Positions 52,182-63,769 of a DNA stretch of 64,000 nt are shown piece by piece (position 1 is the stretch's first letter; each line of letters begins with the position of its first letter). The stretch comes from Prorocentrum cordatum. Its lineage: Eukaryota. The notes below the pieces were generated by a model, which was given only the letters and a program-made list of their open reading frames with translations, did no database searches and was not told the origin of the DNA. The stretch spans positions 62,001-126,000 of the forward strand of contig CAUYUJ010000314.1 in NCBI GenBank assembly GCA_963575745.1, written 5' to 3'. The position numbers and the translations under genes are program-made.

Positions 52182-52544
52182 GCAGGCTCAGAGGGGGACG
52201 CATCGCTCCCCCATCGCCCAGGGGCCCGAGAGCCCGTCCCGCCTGGGAACCTGCGGTCTCGCCATCGGGGGACTGCCACCGACGTGTCGGCGAAGCACCG
52301 CGAGTCTTGCCTTCCGCCGGTTTCCCGTATCGCTGGCCCTCGGGAAAGCGGATCCGGTGTTCTTGTCGCCAACTTTCGGCCTCCAGGGGCCCTCCCTGGG
52401 CTCCGGGACCGTGACGAAACCGCTCCGGACGAAGAGCTGGGCCCTTGGGAAAGCTCCGGGATCCAGGACCCGCTTCCATCAGGATCCGTTTCCTTCGTGC
52501 CAGCGGAGGCCGGGCCAGAAGGCGGCACCGTGGAGTGGCCCGAG
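52182..52544 (+). CDS. Exon (low-complexity linker ending GTVEWPE)
   Basis: Pyrimidine tract plus CAG|G acceptor; GAG|GT donor; open frame. It may contain one more small intron. Confidence 0.55.
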
Positions 52545-52755
52545 GTGGAATGAGAGCAAGAACAGCACAAGCATAAATGTTCGGAGCTCCGCTTGGATTT
52601 CTTGGATCGGCGTTGGACCCCGCCCCCGTGGCGGCGCATTCGGCGCCGTCCCTTGCGCGCGGAGCGCGCCAGGGGGGGGGTTCCAATGTCGGTTCAAGAA
52701 ATCCGCGTGGACCTCCAGAAGTTTATGTATATGCCCTTGTTCCTTCTTCTGCGAG
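52545..52755 (+). mobile_element. Introner-like intron: ~80-bp imperfect TIRs with CGAG duplication
   Basis: The left arm (CATAAATGTTCGGAGCTCC...GGATTTCTTGGATCGGCGTTGGA) matches the reverse complement of the right arm (TCCAATGTCGGTTCAAGAAATCC...GGACCTCCAGAAGTTTATG). CGAG ends both the upstream exon and the intron. Confidence 0.75.
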
Positions 52756-53414
52756 GGCTGGGGGGTGGGCGCCAAGTCCGTGGGCGAGTGGATTAGCCAG
52801 CGCATCCTCGAGGCAGAGGAGGCTGCCCTGGGCGGAAAAATGTCGCTGACCGCTGAGGAGGAAAGTCTCTGGAAGGAACAGCAGAAGGCAGTCGAGAAGT
52901 GGGAGGTGAAGGAGATCATGCAGTTCCTCGCCTGCGCGAATATCCAGTGGGGGGTGGACGACGAGAAGAGCCAGCTTGTCCACTTGGTCCAGACAGTTCA
53001 GCGCCAGACGCTAGAGAGATACTTAGACAAAGTGACGAAGCCTAAAACTGATGTGGACAGGGCTAAGGTCTGGAAAGAAGCTGTGGACGAGTTCTTGGGC
53101 ACTTGTCTTGACTCCATTAACACACGTCCCCCTACGAGAAAGTTCGGCTTCATTCATATTGCAGCCATGCATGGCAATGTCGATGTGCTCACTCAGTTGG
53201 TTAAGCTTAGCGCCGACGTATTCTTGAAGGCTGACGATGGCCGCACAGCCAGGGAGATCGCTCAGAAGCAGGGCCACACGGCCGCCGAGGAGTACCTCGC
53301 CGCGGTGGAGCACCGCCACACGCTGGCATCCCACAAGACGAACCAGCTCATCCAGGACGAGCTCGCGAGCATCGGCCAGGAGTCGCTGCAGCCGCGCATG
53401 TTCAAGAGGAACAG
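52756..53414 (+). CDS. Exon encoding ankyrin repeats
   Basis: GFIHIAAMHGNVDVLTQLVKLSADVFLKADDGRTAREIAQKQGHTAAEEYL fits two ankyrin repeats. GAG|G acceptor and CAG|GT donor. Confidence 0.88.
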
Positions 53415-53599
53415 GTCGGCGGCGCGCCGAGGCCCTCTCGAGGCTCGGCAGGCCTCCTGCCCCCACGGAGGTCCTCTGAGCCCCCCCGAAGACGCAGAAT
53501 AAACCTCACAGAAGGCCGGAGGGCTTCCGAGGAGCCCCGCCGCCCTCAGAGAAGGCGTTTCCCCCCTCTCACCCTCCCCGCGGGCGCACCGCCGAGCAG
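53415..53599 (+). mobile_element. Introner-like intron: 13-bp TIR with CAG duplication
   Basis: Starts G-TCGGCGGCGCGCC and ends GGCGCACCGCCGA-G-CAG (12/13 inverted match). Internal sequence is shared with 43500-43570 and 51510-51600. Confidence 0.72.
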
Positions 53600-53747
53600 G
53601 GACACCATGTTCATCTACGAGTACGACTCCCATTTCACCGCCTACAGCAAGCTGTCCCAGCAGCTGGGGTGGGATTGCTCCGCCATCTCCATCCAGAAGG
53701 GAGTGACCAAGCTAACGACGAAGTTCGAGCCGCGCGGGACGACCAAG
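53600..53747 (+). CDS. Exon (RDTMFIYEYDSHF...PRGTTK)
   Basis: The phase-2 junction AG+G restores an Arg codon in frame; AAG|GC donor; GC3-rich codons. Confidence 0.78.
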
Positions 53748-54527
53748 GCGACGGGCCTCGCGGACACTCGGAAGCGCCCCTTCATATCAAGAACGCTGCG
53801 CGCCCACCGCCCGCCCACCTCTGGGTCTTCGCCAGAGGAGCCCAAGACGGCCCCGAGACGAGATGAGGCGTGCCGAAAAAATCGAAGATGAGATTGAAGG
53901 TGAGCTGTGCGTCTCTTCCTGCGCTCCATGTATCATGGCGCCAACATCGCCGAGTGGATGTCGTTCGGAAAACGATAGGATGAGCCCGGAGTGTCCTGGA
54001 GAATTTCGTTTCGGATTTCGAGGTGAATTTCGTGCGGGTTTTGCTTGGCCAGGAATGAAAACTAGACAGAAAATCCACGCGAAATTCAATTTGTTTTTCA
54101 CCCGCCGTTCTGGGGTTTTGCATGGACAGAAATCCACGCGACAATCCGCTGCAGCACGTCTGCAAGGTGTGTATTATCCTTCGTCCCATCGCCGATATGG
54201 CTCTAGCGTGCCGTGTGGCTCATCGACGGTTCGATCCCCGTCGGATCGTCGGTCCACCGTCATTGACAACGAAGCTCTGATGTGGGGCGCTGGCTCTCTA
54301 TTCTCGTGTTGGCCCTCCACGGCAGGGGGCGAGGAAAAGCGAGAACGCGGCCCAGTGTTACCTCAAGACGATTTGGAAATGGCCATGGAGGGCACCAAGA
54401 AGAGCCGCTGAGGGCCCCGAGATGGCCGCCAAGAGGGTCCAAGAAGGACTATGGGGTCCACGAGGATTCTTCGAAGGCCCAATTCCCGCGATGGGCCCAA
54501 GCCCCGTCCGAACATCATCCGTTCCAG

Positions 54528-54599
54528 GCCTGGGGTGCAAGGTGTTTCCCGGACAGGTATTTCAACGGTGTAGATATGAAATATTCAGCCTTTCCACCG
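54528..54599 (+). CDS. Exon (AWGARCFPDRYFNGVDMKYSAFPP)
   Basis: CAG|G acceptor, CCG|GC donor, phase 0. Confidence 0.5.
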
Positions 54600-54648
54600 G
54601 CGGGCCCAAGCATTTGCAGTAAAAGGCTCTAGTGCGACCCTGGTGCAG

Positions 54649-54906
54649 GCGAAAATCATTGAATCGAACGGGCTTGGACATGCTTTTAGCGGGTTCGACT
54701 TGTCGGTGAAGTTGGGACGAAGAGGCGCTCTCTGGGCCCAAAGAGACGATCGTGGAGGCCAAGAATGGGCCCAAGATGGGTCAACATGGAGTGACAAACT
54801 GCACCGAAAGGCTGGTGGTCACGATCTTGAGTTCTATCTAGTCCTGTACGTCGTTTTTGGGCCGTCATTGGGCCCCCAAGAATTGCAGAGCCTCCTCTGG
54901 AGTTAA
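54649..54906 (+). CDS. Probable terminal exon (AKIIESNGLGHAFSGFDL...LLWS*)
   Basis: CAG|G acceptor in phase 0, open to TAA. The true end could be earlier. Confidence 0.45.
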   Translation, partial: AKIIESNGLGHAFSGFDLSVKLGRRGALWAQRDDRGGQEWAQDGSTWSDKLHRKAGGHDLEFYLVLYVVFGPSLGPQELQSLLWS

Positions 54907-55207
54907 ATCTTAAATGATGCTTCCAGAGTTGAATCCCACACGCCCCTCAGACTGGTAGGCGGGCGGATTCAAGACGCTTCGCATTCGCTTTCCGCCCTTT
55001 CTCATTCTCGCCAGAAAAGAGCTGAACACGGCCCCAGAATGAGCCGAGTGTGTGCCAAACGAAGTCCAAGACGGCCCCGCAGGAGGCCCCAAGCGGTTCC
55101 ACTGTTTTGTGTTCGTTTTCTTATTCATTATTCCCCGTATCCTAATATGGGGTTCTTGTTCTTACTTGGACGCCTCCTACTCCCTCCTCTTTTCCTCCCC
55201 TCCTCTC

Positions 55208-55465
55208 GGACTTACTCATACTCAGATTTACTCATACCCAGACTTACTCATACACAGACTTACTCATACTCAGACATACTCATACTCAGACCTACTCATA
55301 CTCAGACTTACTCATACCCAGACGTACACATACACATACTCACTCATACACAGACGTACTCATACCCATACTTACTCATACCCAGACGTACTCATACACA
55401 GACTTACTCATACACAGACTTACTCATACTCAGACCTTCTCATAGACAGTCTTACTCATACGCAG
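55208..55465. repeat. 16-bp tandem repeat CAGACTTACTCATAC(A/T/C)
   Basis: About 15 units. Confidence 0.92.
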
Positions 55466-55859
55466 GCTTATTCAACACAGAAGATTCGGAGCATGTCTCA
55501 GGCGTGGCGCTGGTTTCAGCACCCCAAAGGGGCGCCGCCAGGGGTGTTTTCACGAGCCCGTTCGCGGCGAGTTTGTGGGGATGTCTCAGGCGGTTTGGCT
55601 GTTTTGGCGGGCAGACCCGTCTGCGTTTAGAGTAGTTTGTCAGGATGTCTCAGGCGGGGCGCTGGTTTCAGCACCCCTCAAAGGAGCCGCCAGTGGGTAG
55701 GACCCGGGCCCGTTCGCGGCCAGTTTGTGGGGTTGTCTCAGGCGGTTTGTCCGTTTTCATGCCCAACATCCTTGGCTTTCAGATCAGATTTTGAGGATGT
55801 CTCAGGCGGGGCGCTGGTTTCAGCACCCCACATCCTCATCCTCATCAGCGCGTGATACT

Positions 55860-57523
55860 CCAGTTCTTCAAGTGCCACATGGGGAGGTCGAATGAGTTCT
55901 TGGAGGAGGCGCACGTGCGATCCCCGAGCAGGCGAATGACATGCCAGTTAGTGCTCTATCAACTGGGGCTATCTTTGAAGATCCCAACTCTCCGCGAAGT
56001 TGGGCCGAAGAGGCGCTCTATGGGATCCAACGAGTTGGTTTTGGAGGCTAGGATTTCGGCGTCTCTGACCGTGGAGAAGGAATGCTGTGCTCCGAAGCAA
56101 GCGGGAGGGCGACCTCGGGGACGCCCAGCGCACTTGACACGAACATGCGAACCAAGTTGTCGCGCCGAGTGTGGCCATCAATAATGGCGTGAACGAGTGC
56201 GAGGTTGCAGCGGTGAAGTCATGCCTGGACGCATGGGGTCGCGCCGGTGTAGCTCTTCCAGGCGAGCGGGGGGGCAATTGGCCAGTTCTGCAGCCGGTAA
56301 TCGGCGCGAGTAGGACGAAGAGCGCACGCGAGACGCCGGTTGAGGATAGCTCGGGGAGATGGCGGCATCGCAAGGACGGCGCCAGGAGAAGAGCTGCCGG
56401 CGCGCCCTGGGCTGAGCTGGCTCTTGAGCTGGCGATGGAGGCCGACTGCGTTTCAGTGGAGAGGGTCGCCGAGCGTCCGAGGGGTTCGACGGCTGCGACG
56501 AGACCGACATTGCGGGGTGCAGCGCGCCGCTTGGCGCAGGCTGGTGCCCGTCGTCATCTCCTGCGCCCTTGCCGACGGGTATTTCAGAACATGAAAGACA
56601 AAAGCCCGCGGCGCATGCGCCGTTGGATGGCCGACTTTGTGGTCGACTCGCTCGCGCTGGCAAGGGCGGCATTGTGGGTGCACCTGCGTTTGGAATCCCA
56701 ACTCGCAACGAGACGCTAGATGTGCTCTCTCGCGGCATTGCCAGGGAGCAACAGAATATCCAGGCCGCTCGCACTCGTGAGTGGCGCAAGCGTTGAATGG
56801 CATGGAGCAGGGATGTTCACCGCCGTGCCACGGAGATGTCCAGAGCAGTTTCTCCGAAAACTCTCGTTGACGTGGAGGAGACGCGCCGTGAATGGAGTTC
56901 GCGGCGGGCTCCGCCGCCGACTGCTAATGATTCCGTTGGTAACTGCGCCAGGTGGCAGGAGCGGGCGGCCGACGTCGAGTTCCCACAATCTTGTGAAAGT
57001 GAACACTGGCTGCCAAGCTCGGCCGCGCTTGAAAAGACCATCGCCTCGCGCCGCGGTTCCCCGGGTTTCGACGGCCGGGCGGCGACGGAATTGAAGCGAT
57101 TGGGGTGTTTCTTTCCTGATACCATCTTGGAACTCCATGAGCTCTGGCGCCGCCGAACGCCGTTCTGGTTCCCATTTTCCCTTTGGGGGGGTGGCGGGGG
57201 CCCCGAAGTTTGAGGTCGAGTTTCGCCCAATCTCCGTTAGTTCTATGTTGGTGCGGTGCTGGTTGTCAACGCTATCGCGGGAGTTATATCGACCACCAGA
57301 AAATCAGTATGCTGGGCGCCTCCAGTGGTGTATTTCACGCGATATCAGCATGGCTTTTGCATTGCGAGTTTGCTCGGGCCTGTGCCGACATTGACGTCGG
57401 CAGGGCCTGCGACCACATCGACCATGCGATGGGGGTTCAAGGCTTGTATATGTTCGGGCGCGCCGTCGGCGCTTATTTTCTTCCCGTGGTGGCGTCTTGG
57501 CGGGCGCTCAGATATTTTTGCGT
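55860..57523 (+). pseudogene. Second decayed LINE fragment (APE C-terminus plus RT N-terminus), cut by the N gap
   Basis: DFGVSDRG (SDH-like), RGSPGFDG, PKFEVEFRPISVSSMLVRCW, ENQYAG and DIDVGRACDHIDH. Confidence 0.78.
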
Positions 57524-58929
57524 NNNNNNNNNNNNNNNNNNNNNNNNNNNNNNNNNNNNNNNNNNNNNNNNNNNNNNNNNNNNNNNNNNNNNNNNNNNNN
57601 NNNNNNNNNNNNNNNNNNNNNNNCTCAGGTCACGGCATCTGGGAGCTCAGAATTGCGAGGACCTCTCATGCGACAGAGGTCGGACACTCTTTCTTGCGGC
57701 ATCTGTGAGCCCCGAGATGCCACGAAACTGGTGGTCCTGTCAGTTTCGCCTGAGACATCCTCGCAACTCTTGGCTTGGGGCATTTTTCGCCTTAGACATC
57801 GTCGCAACTCTGGGCCCATGTATGTCCTGACCTATGGTGATCTTCGACTCGCCCGAGACATCCTTGTAACTCAGAGCTCTTCGTTGTTTTCCTTGTGTTT
57901 CTTTTTGTTTATAGGCGTCGAAGGAATCTGCGCATCCCCCCTGTGACCTGACGAACGGTTGTGACGAGCAGTTCTGGTGAGTGGTTGGCAAGTGGATTCG
58001 AAATGATGTTCCCGCTGGGGGGCAGCCAGCGCACGCGCTGCGGGGCAGCCGACGCGCTCCCGCGGCGCCAAGAGGGCGGCGAGCGCGCGCAAGGAGCAGG
58101 CAGAGCATTGAAGGGCATTCCCTGGTTTTGTCGCTGCGCCATTGTAGAACTCCCGTGGTAGAGTCCTTGGCGGCGTCGGCGTTGACGACGGCGGCGACGA
58201 CGAAGCGCCCCGTGGCAGCGGCGACGGTGAAGGCGATGCCGAATACGGTACGACGAACGCGGCGACAGCGACGAGTAAGATGACGACGCGACAGCGTCGA
58301 CGGCGACGGTGGCGCGGACTACGTGTGCGGGGGCGACCGCAACGACGGCGACGACGGCAGCGGCGGCGGCGGCGACCACGATGGCGATGCGACGACGACG
58401 ACAGCGACGACGATCACCACCGCTGCGGCGGCGACGTGGACGACGCCGATTTCCTATGTGGATTTTTTGTGAACCTTATGTGGGGTCCGGCGACGGGGGG
58501 GAAAGGCAGGGGCAAGATAATGAGAAGGCAACGAGGAGGGCGGGGACGAGGCAGAAAATGAGGAGAAGGACCACGCAACGACGACGACGCCATCATCGGA
58601 AACGGTGGCGGCGACGGCTGTCACGACCACCATGGTGAAAGCGGCGCGTGCCGCGATGATGTCAACGACGACAACGATGACGACAGCGCCGGCGGCGTTG
58701 GCGGCGCCGGCAACGACGACACCGACGACAACCATGCCCAAGACAATGGCGACGACGGCGGCGACAGCGGCGGCTTCGGCGGCGGCGGCGACGACGAGGA
58801 CAGCGGTGGTGATGACGACGACGAAGAAGACGACGACGACGACGACGACGACAACGGAGACGACGACGACGGGTACGATGTCAATGACGACGCCGACGAC
58901 CACGACGATGGCGACGAGGAAGCACCCCC

Positions 58930-60290
58930 AGCGCGACAACTGGGAGGCCAGAGTTTCGCAGATGTGTCAGGTGAAACGGCATTTCGGAGGTCAGAGTCGG
59001 GAAGATGCCCCTGGCGCAGTCGGTCAGACCACCTCGCACGCGGCACCTCGGATATCAGAGTTGCGAGGAAGGCCGCAGGCAAAACCGGCTGGACCATTGC
59101 AGGTCTCCAAGCCCAGAGTCGCGAGGATGTCCCAGGAGGCGCGAGGATGTCTCGGGCGAACTTGGTCGGACCACTTCCCGTGCAGCATCTTCGAGCCCTG
59201 GTGTTGCGAGGATGTCTCAGGCGCAATTGGCTGGGCAACCTCTTGCGCGGCATCCGTGAGCTCCGAGCGGCGAGGATGTCGCAGGCAAAATTGGCTGGAT
59301 CACTTTAAGTCCGGACACTTCGGAGCCCCATCGAATATGTCCCAGGCGAAAAGGGCCGGACCATCTCAGGTCACGGCATCTCTCAGTCCAGAGTTGTAAG
59401 ATTGTCTGAGGCGAGGCGGGCTGGACCATGTCAGATCAGAGCATCTTCGAGCGCAGTGTTGCAAAGACGTCTCTGGCGAAACGGGCCAGACCACCCTGCG
59501 CGCAGCATCTCGAAACCCAGAATTTCGAGGATGTTTCAGGCGACATTGGCCCGACAACCTCGCGCGCAGCATCGTTGGGCTCAGCGCTGCGAGGATGTCT
59601 CAGGCGAAATTGGCTGGACCACCTCAGGTCAGGGCATCTCTGAGCTCAGAGTGGCGAAAATGCCTTTGGAGAAAAGGGCTGGACCACTCAGGTCACGGCA
59701 TCTCGGAACCCAAAGGTGGGAGGATGTCTCACGCGAAACGAGCAACACCACCTCAGGTCATGGAGTTGCCGAGCCCAGAGTTGAGAGGATGTCTCAGGCG
59801 AAATTGGCCAGACCACCTCAGGTCGGAGCATCTCTGAGCTCAGAGTCGCGAGGATGTCTCGTGCGAAAGTCTGCGGCGAAGGTAGCAGTGTGGGCGAAGG
59901 TATCGTCGCCCATAACTCGCAGCACAGCGCGGCACATCTGAACAGAATCCCAGTCAGCACAGTTGTCTGGGGAACCAAGCGAACGGAGTCCAAAGCCGCC
60001 TCTGGCGCGTGCCAGCCGAGTGTTGATGGGGATCCAGTCACGTTCAAGCTCCGAAATGCCCTGACGTGAGGTGTTCTGGAACATTTCTTCCAACACGTCC
60101 TCACACCGTTGGGTTCCAAGATGCGTTTCGCGAGGTGCTCGCGACTGAGATATCCTTGGAACCCCAGGCTCCAAGATGCCCCGACTTGAGGTGCGTTGGC
60201 CCGATTCGGCTGATCACAACTCAGGGTTCCTAGAAGCTGTTCGCGAAGTGCTCAGGCCCGTGTCGCTTGAGACATCCTCGGGATCTCCAG
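58930..60290. repeat. ~75-bp satellite GAGGATGTCTCAGGCGAAATTGGC... (also at 57624-57880; related units at 55490-55830)
   Basis: Recurring core; inverted units TGAGACATCCTCG at ~57751 and ~60268. Confidence 0.85.
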
Positions 60291-60408
60291 GAAAACCAGT
60301 CTGGTTTTCCTGGTGATGCTGTTGTCGATGGTGATGATGGTGACCATCCTATTTTAGAGAGACAACACATATCATCTCCATCACCACCAGCACCATCACC
60401 ATCATCAT

Positions 60409-60497
<89 letters not shown>

Positions 60498-60578
60498 CCA
60501 TCACCATCACCATCACCATCACCATCACCATCACCATCACCGTCACCGTCACCGTCACCGTCACCGCCACCATCATCT

Positions 60579-60598
60579 TCCGTACGACATGGCTCAAG
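60579..60598 (+). promoter_or_regulatory. Degenerate DinoSL relic
   Basis: TCCGTACGACATGGCTCAAG keeps both SL ends (TCCGTA ... TGGCTCAAG). It follows a CAT/CAC tract and ends 7 nt before ATG 60606. Confidence 0.6.
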
Positions 60599-60605
60599 CC
60601 AGGCA

Positions 60606-61064
60606 ATGTCGTCGTCCCCTGCGCCCCTTTTCGAGCCGCGCGGCCCACTTCAGCCCTGTGGCCTCCTCAAACCGCGCGGCCCCCTCGAGCCGCGCGGCTT
60701 CCTCGAGCCGTGCGGCCCCTTCGAGCCGCGCGGCCCCATCGAGCCCCGCGGCCTCCTCGAGACTTGCGGCCCCCTCGAGCCGCGCGGTTTCATCGAGCCG
60801 CGCGGCCCCCTCGAGCCGCGCGGCCTCCTCGAGCCCCGCGACTTCTTCGAGCCGCGCGGCCCCCTCGAGCCCTGCGGCCCCCTCGAGCCCTGCGGCCCCT
60901 TCGAGCCCTGGTTGCAACAGCTCGGGCGCCGAAGCCGACGTAGTAGTGTCCGACGCCGACGACGCCGACGCCGACTACGCCGACGGAGTTGCCGACGCCG
61001 CTGGAGTTGCCGAGGCCGGCGGTTGCAAACATGCTTCCAGCAGCGGTTCCAGCTAGAAGCAGCT

Positions 61065-61095
<31 letters not shown>

Positions 61096-63500
61096 GTTTT
61101 TTTTTTTTCTTTTTTTTTCCAGCCGCGGCTCCGCAGAGGGCAGGCCTGCCCTCCAGCAACAAGATGTCTTGGAGCGCCACCCTGTCTGCGACGAGCCCAG
61201 TGACCCTGAAGCCTGAAACTTGCATGGGCTGCGCAGGTGGTCAATTTGCAGTATGCTTGTTGTGCTCGGCGTTCACGTGCTCTCGTTGCAAATCCACCAT
61301 AGGCCAGGGTGGCGGGAGTTTCCGACGTCGCGAGAACCTCGTGCACTACGCGCAGAGCGAGGGGTGCCAGGCAGCAGAAGCGGCGCGGCAAGAGCGGGTT
61401 CGATTGGGAGGCGCGCACTAGGGCCCCCCCGTGCAGGCGTTCCAAGCCGCAGCAGCCGCGACAGCTTCTTGGATATCAGCTGCAACAGCTGCGCAACAGC
61501 CACAGCCGTCCCAAACCGCAACAGCTGCCGACCCGCGCCCTGGTTGCCGCGCAGTGGCCGCCGCCCGCGCACTCTTGGAGACGTCCAGTTCCATCAGAAG
61601 TTTCGATGCGCGGCGGGGCGCGTTCCTCGGCTCGGGGGCTACCGCGGAGCTTTGGAGTCTTCGCAAGAGCGCCGCCAGGTGGTGTCGTAATGGCTCAATG
61701 CGAAAAACTCAGAACCCAGAGGATTCTCAAAGAGAGTGTGGTTTTCGGTTGGCGCGGACGGTCTCGACCGCGCGTGCCGGGCCGAGATCGGCACCGCGCT
61801 GCGGTCTATTCCAAAGACCCTGGACTTTCTCCCGAGCGACGGTCTCAGGGCAGGCTGGCTGGAACAGCTGGGCCCAGAAGGGACCTGGATCGTGGACCGG
61901 GCGAGCGGGGCGCGGGAGTTCCCGCGGGCCGTGGATTGCGACGGCAAGGCCCCCATGCTGGAGGAACGCGCGCGTCGCGCGGGCCAGGCGGCAGGGGGGG
62001 GGGGCGGGCGTGGAGCTGCACGAGCATGTGCGAGAGGAGATGCGGGCATGGTGCAGCGATGGGGCGGATCAATACGCACCCCTGGCTGCAACGGGCACGT
62101 TCTCGCGGCTGGCGTTTCACGCATGGGGCGAAGAGCATTCGGCCCAGAAGCTGCTCGGCAATTCAATGACAAAGGAGGGCAGCGATATCGCGATATCTGA
62201 CATGCAGCGGGTAACGGGCAAGCAGCCTCCAAGTCTGGCCAGGTGTCTGACTGCGCCCAGCGCGTTCCGCGCCGCAGCGGGGGCGCGCCAGCTGGAAGGC
62301 GAGATCGCGTTCGCCCAAAACTATGGTTGGGCCCCCCCAGCGTTTCAACAGTCGGGCGGGGCCCCTGGCGCGGGAAAGCCGACGTTGGAGCGTCGCACTC
62401 AATGCGCTCGGAGAGGAATCCAAGGAGAGCGAGGATCGGCGCATTCGCGCCCGATCTTTCCTGGAAGGGCTCGGAGGCGAGAACAGCTCGCGTCTGCGGC
62501 TCGGCGGCTTGCCGGCGGACTTGGCGGCGGAGCATTACTCGCGGGCCGCAGCTGGGGGCGCTGACGACCCCGCCGCCGCCGCCGCCCATGCCAGGGCCGC
62601 CTCGTTCCTCGCCAGGCTGAACGCGTTGTTCATCGATGGGGCGACGTTGGGCGCCCCCTGCAGTTCCATTGTCATCGCCCTCGAGCTTTTGCGGCAGATG
62701 CCCAGGTGCCCATGCCGCAACAGCGCGCACATTGTAAGCGTCGGCGATTTGATCGCGGCGCCCCGGGCCAGGGAAACCGCCCGCGCGGCCGAGCGACGGG
62801 CGCAGGTGATCGCGGCGAACGCGAAGGAGAACATGAAGCTGCATCGGCCAGATCATTATTGGTCGCATGCTTGTGCGGCGCCCCGTTTGCCTTCTTCTTT
62901 GTCTGCAACAGACGCGGGCGCAACTGAGTCTGCGCCAGAGGCCAAGGCATGTTTGATGCGCATCTGCACGGGGGCAGGCCTTCCTAAGCGGCAGGCCATC
63001 GCCCAGCTGCGGCGCATTTTGAAGCGCGCCGAGATGCATCGTCGAGATGGGGGCACCGCGCGGCAGGCTTGGGCCGCGGTGCAGCGGAGTGGCCTGAGAG
63101 TGCCAGCGGCCGGCGGCCGGTGGAGCTCTTCTTCGTGTGGAAGACGTCCACGGGCAACGTGGGGCGGCGATTGCGCCGTTTCTCCGAGCGCCATTGCCCC
63201 GACAGGGTTCGAATGCTCGACGTGCCCGCGGAGGACTGCGCTCTCGCGGGCGCGGCGTCCCCCGGCAGTTCCCGCGCGCGTGGCTGGAGCAGCGCGAGCG
63301 GGGCGAGCCTGGCAGGCGCCGGCGCAGGCGCGTGCTCCAGCAACACGAGCGCTCAATTTGAAAGACCGCAGCAGCGAGGAGGGCCGAGAGGCCGACAAGG
63401 GAATTACGAGGGAGCCTCGGCCAAGACGTCGGTCAGAGGTAGGCTTCGGTCGCAAGCGAGCAGCTGCCATCGACGCTATGGCGGCCGCTTCCCCGAGCCA
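60606..63500 (+). pseudogene. Decayed hAT-superfamily (ZNF862/KIAA1586-like) transposase
   Basis: In order: TTF-like Zn finger (CSRC...FRRRENLVHYAQSEGC, ~61220-61380); RILKES/WFSVGADG (first Asp, ~61715-61770); WCSDGAD (62049-62069); AWGEEHSAQ (CxxH-equivalent position, 62121-62147); KTSTGNVGRRLRRF (dimerisation-like S..VER.F, 63141-63182). Many frameshifts; 3' end approximate. Confidence 0.7.
60630..60910. repeat. 18-bp tandem repeat CTCGAGCCGCGCGGCCCC, open in several frames
   Basis: About 15 units immediately after ATG 60606. Confidence 0.9.
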
Positions 63501-63769
63501 GCGCACTCGCCGTCTCGCGGAGGCCGCCCCCGCTCTCGCTGCGGCGGCGCAGGAGGCGGCCCAGGCGAGCGTCGCAGATCCAGCCCGCCCGTCTGCAACA
63601 GTCGTCGGCTCTGTCGCCAAGCGGGCGGCCAGGGCGCAATCATGGAGGAGCGAAGGCCGCCGCCAAGGCCAGGGGTGCGCGGGAGAGGAAAGTCTCGCGC
63701 AGTGCCACGCCAGGCCCTGCGGGCCGTGGCGCTTACCTGGCCCCCGCGCGCCACTTTTCTGGCATCATG

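Noticed and set aside
61067..61118. Poly-T tract as the poly(A) tail of a minus-strand retrocopy
   Set aside because: I found no TSD, and the adjacent coding signal is on the plus strand. It may be a decayed TCC/TCT tract or an assembly artefact.
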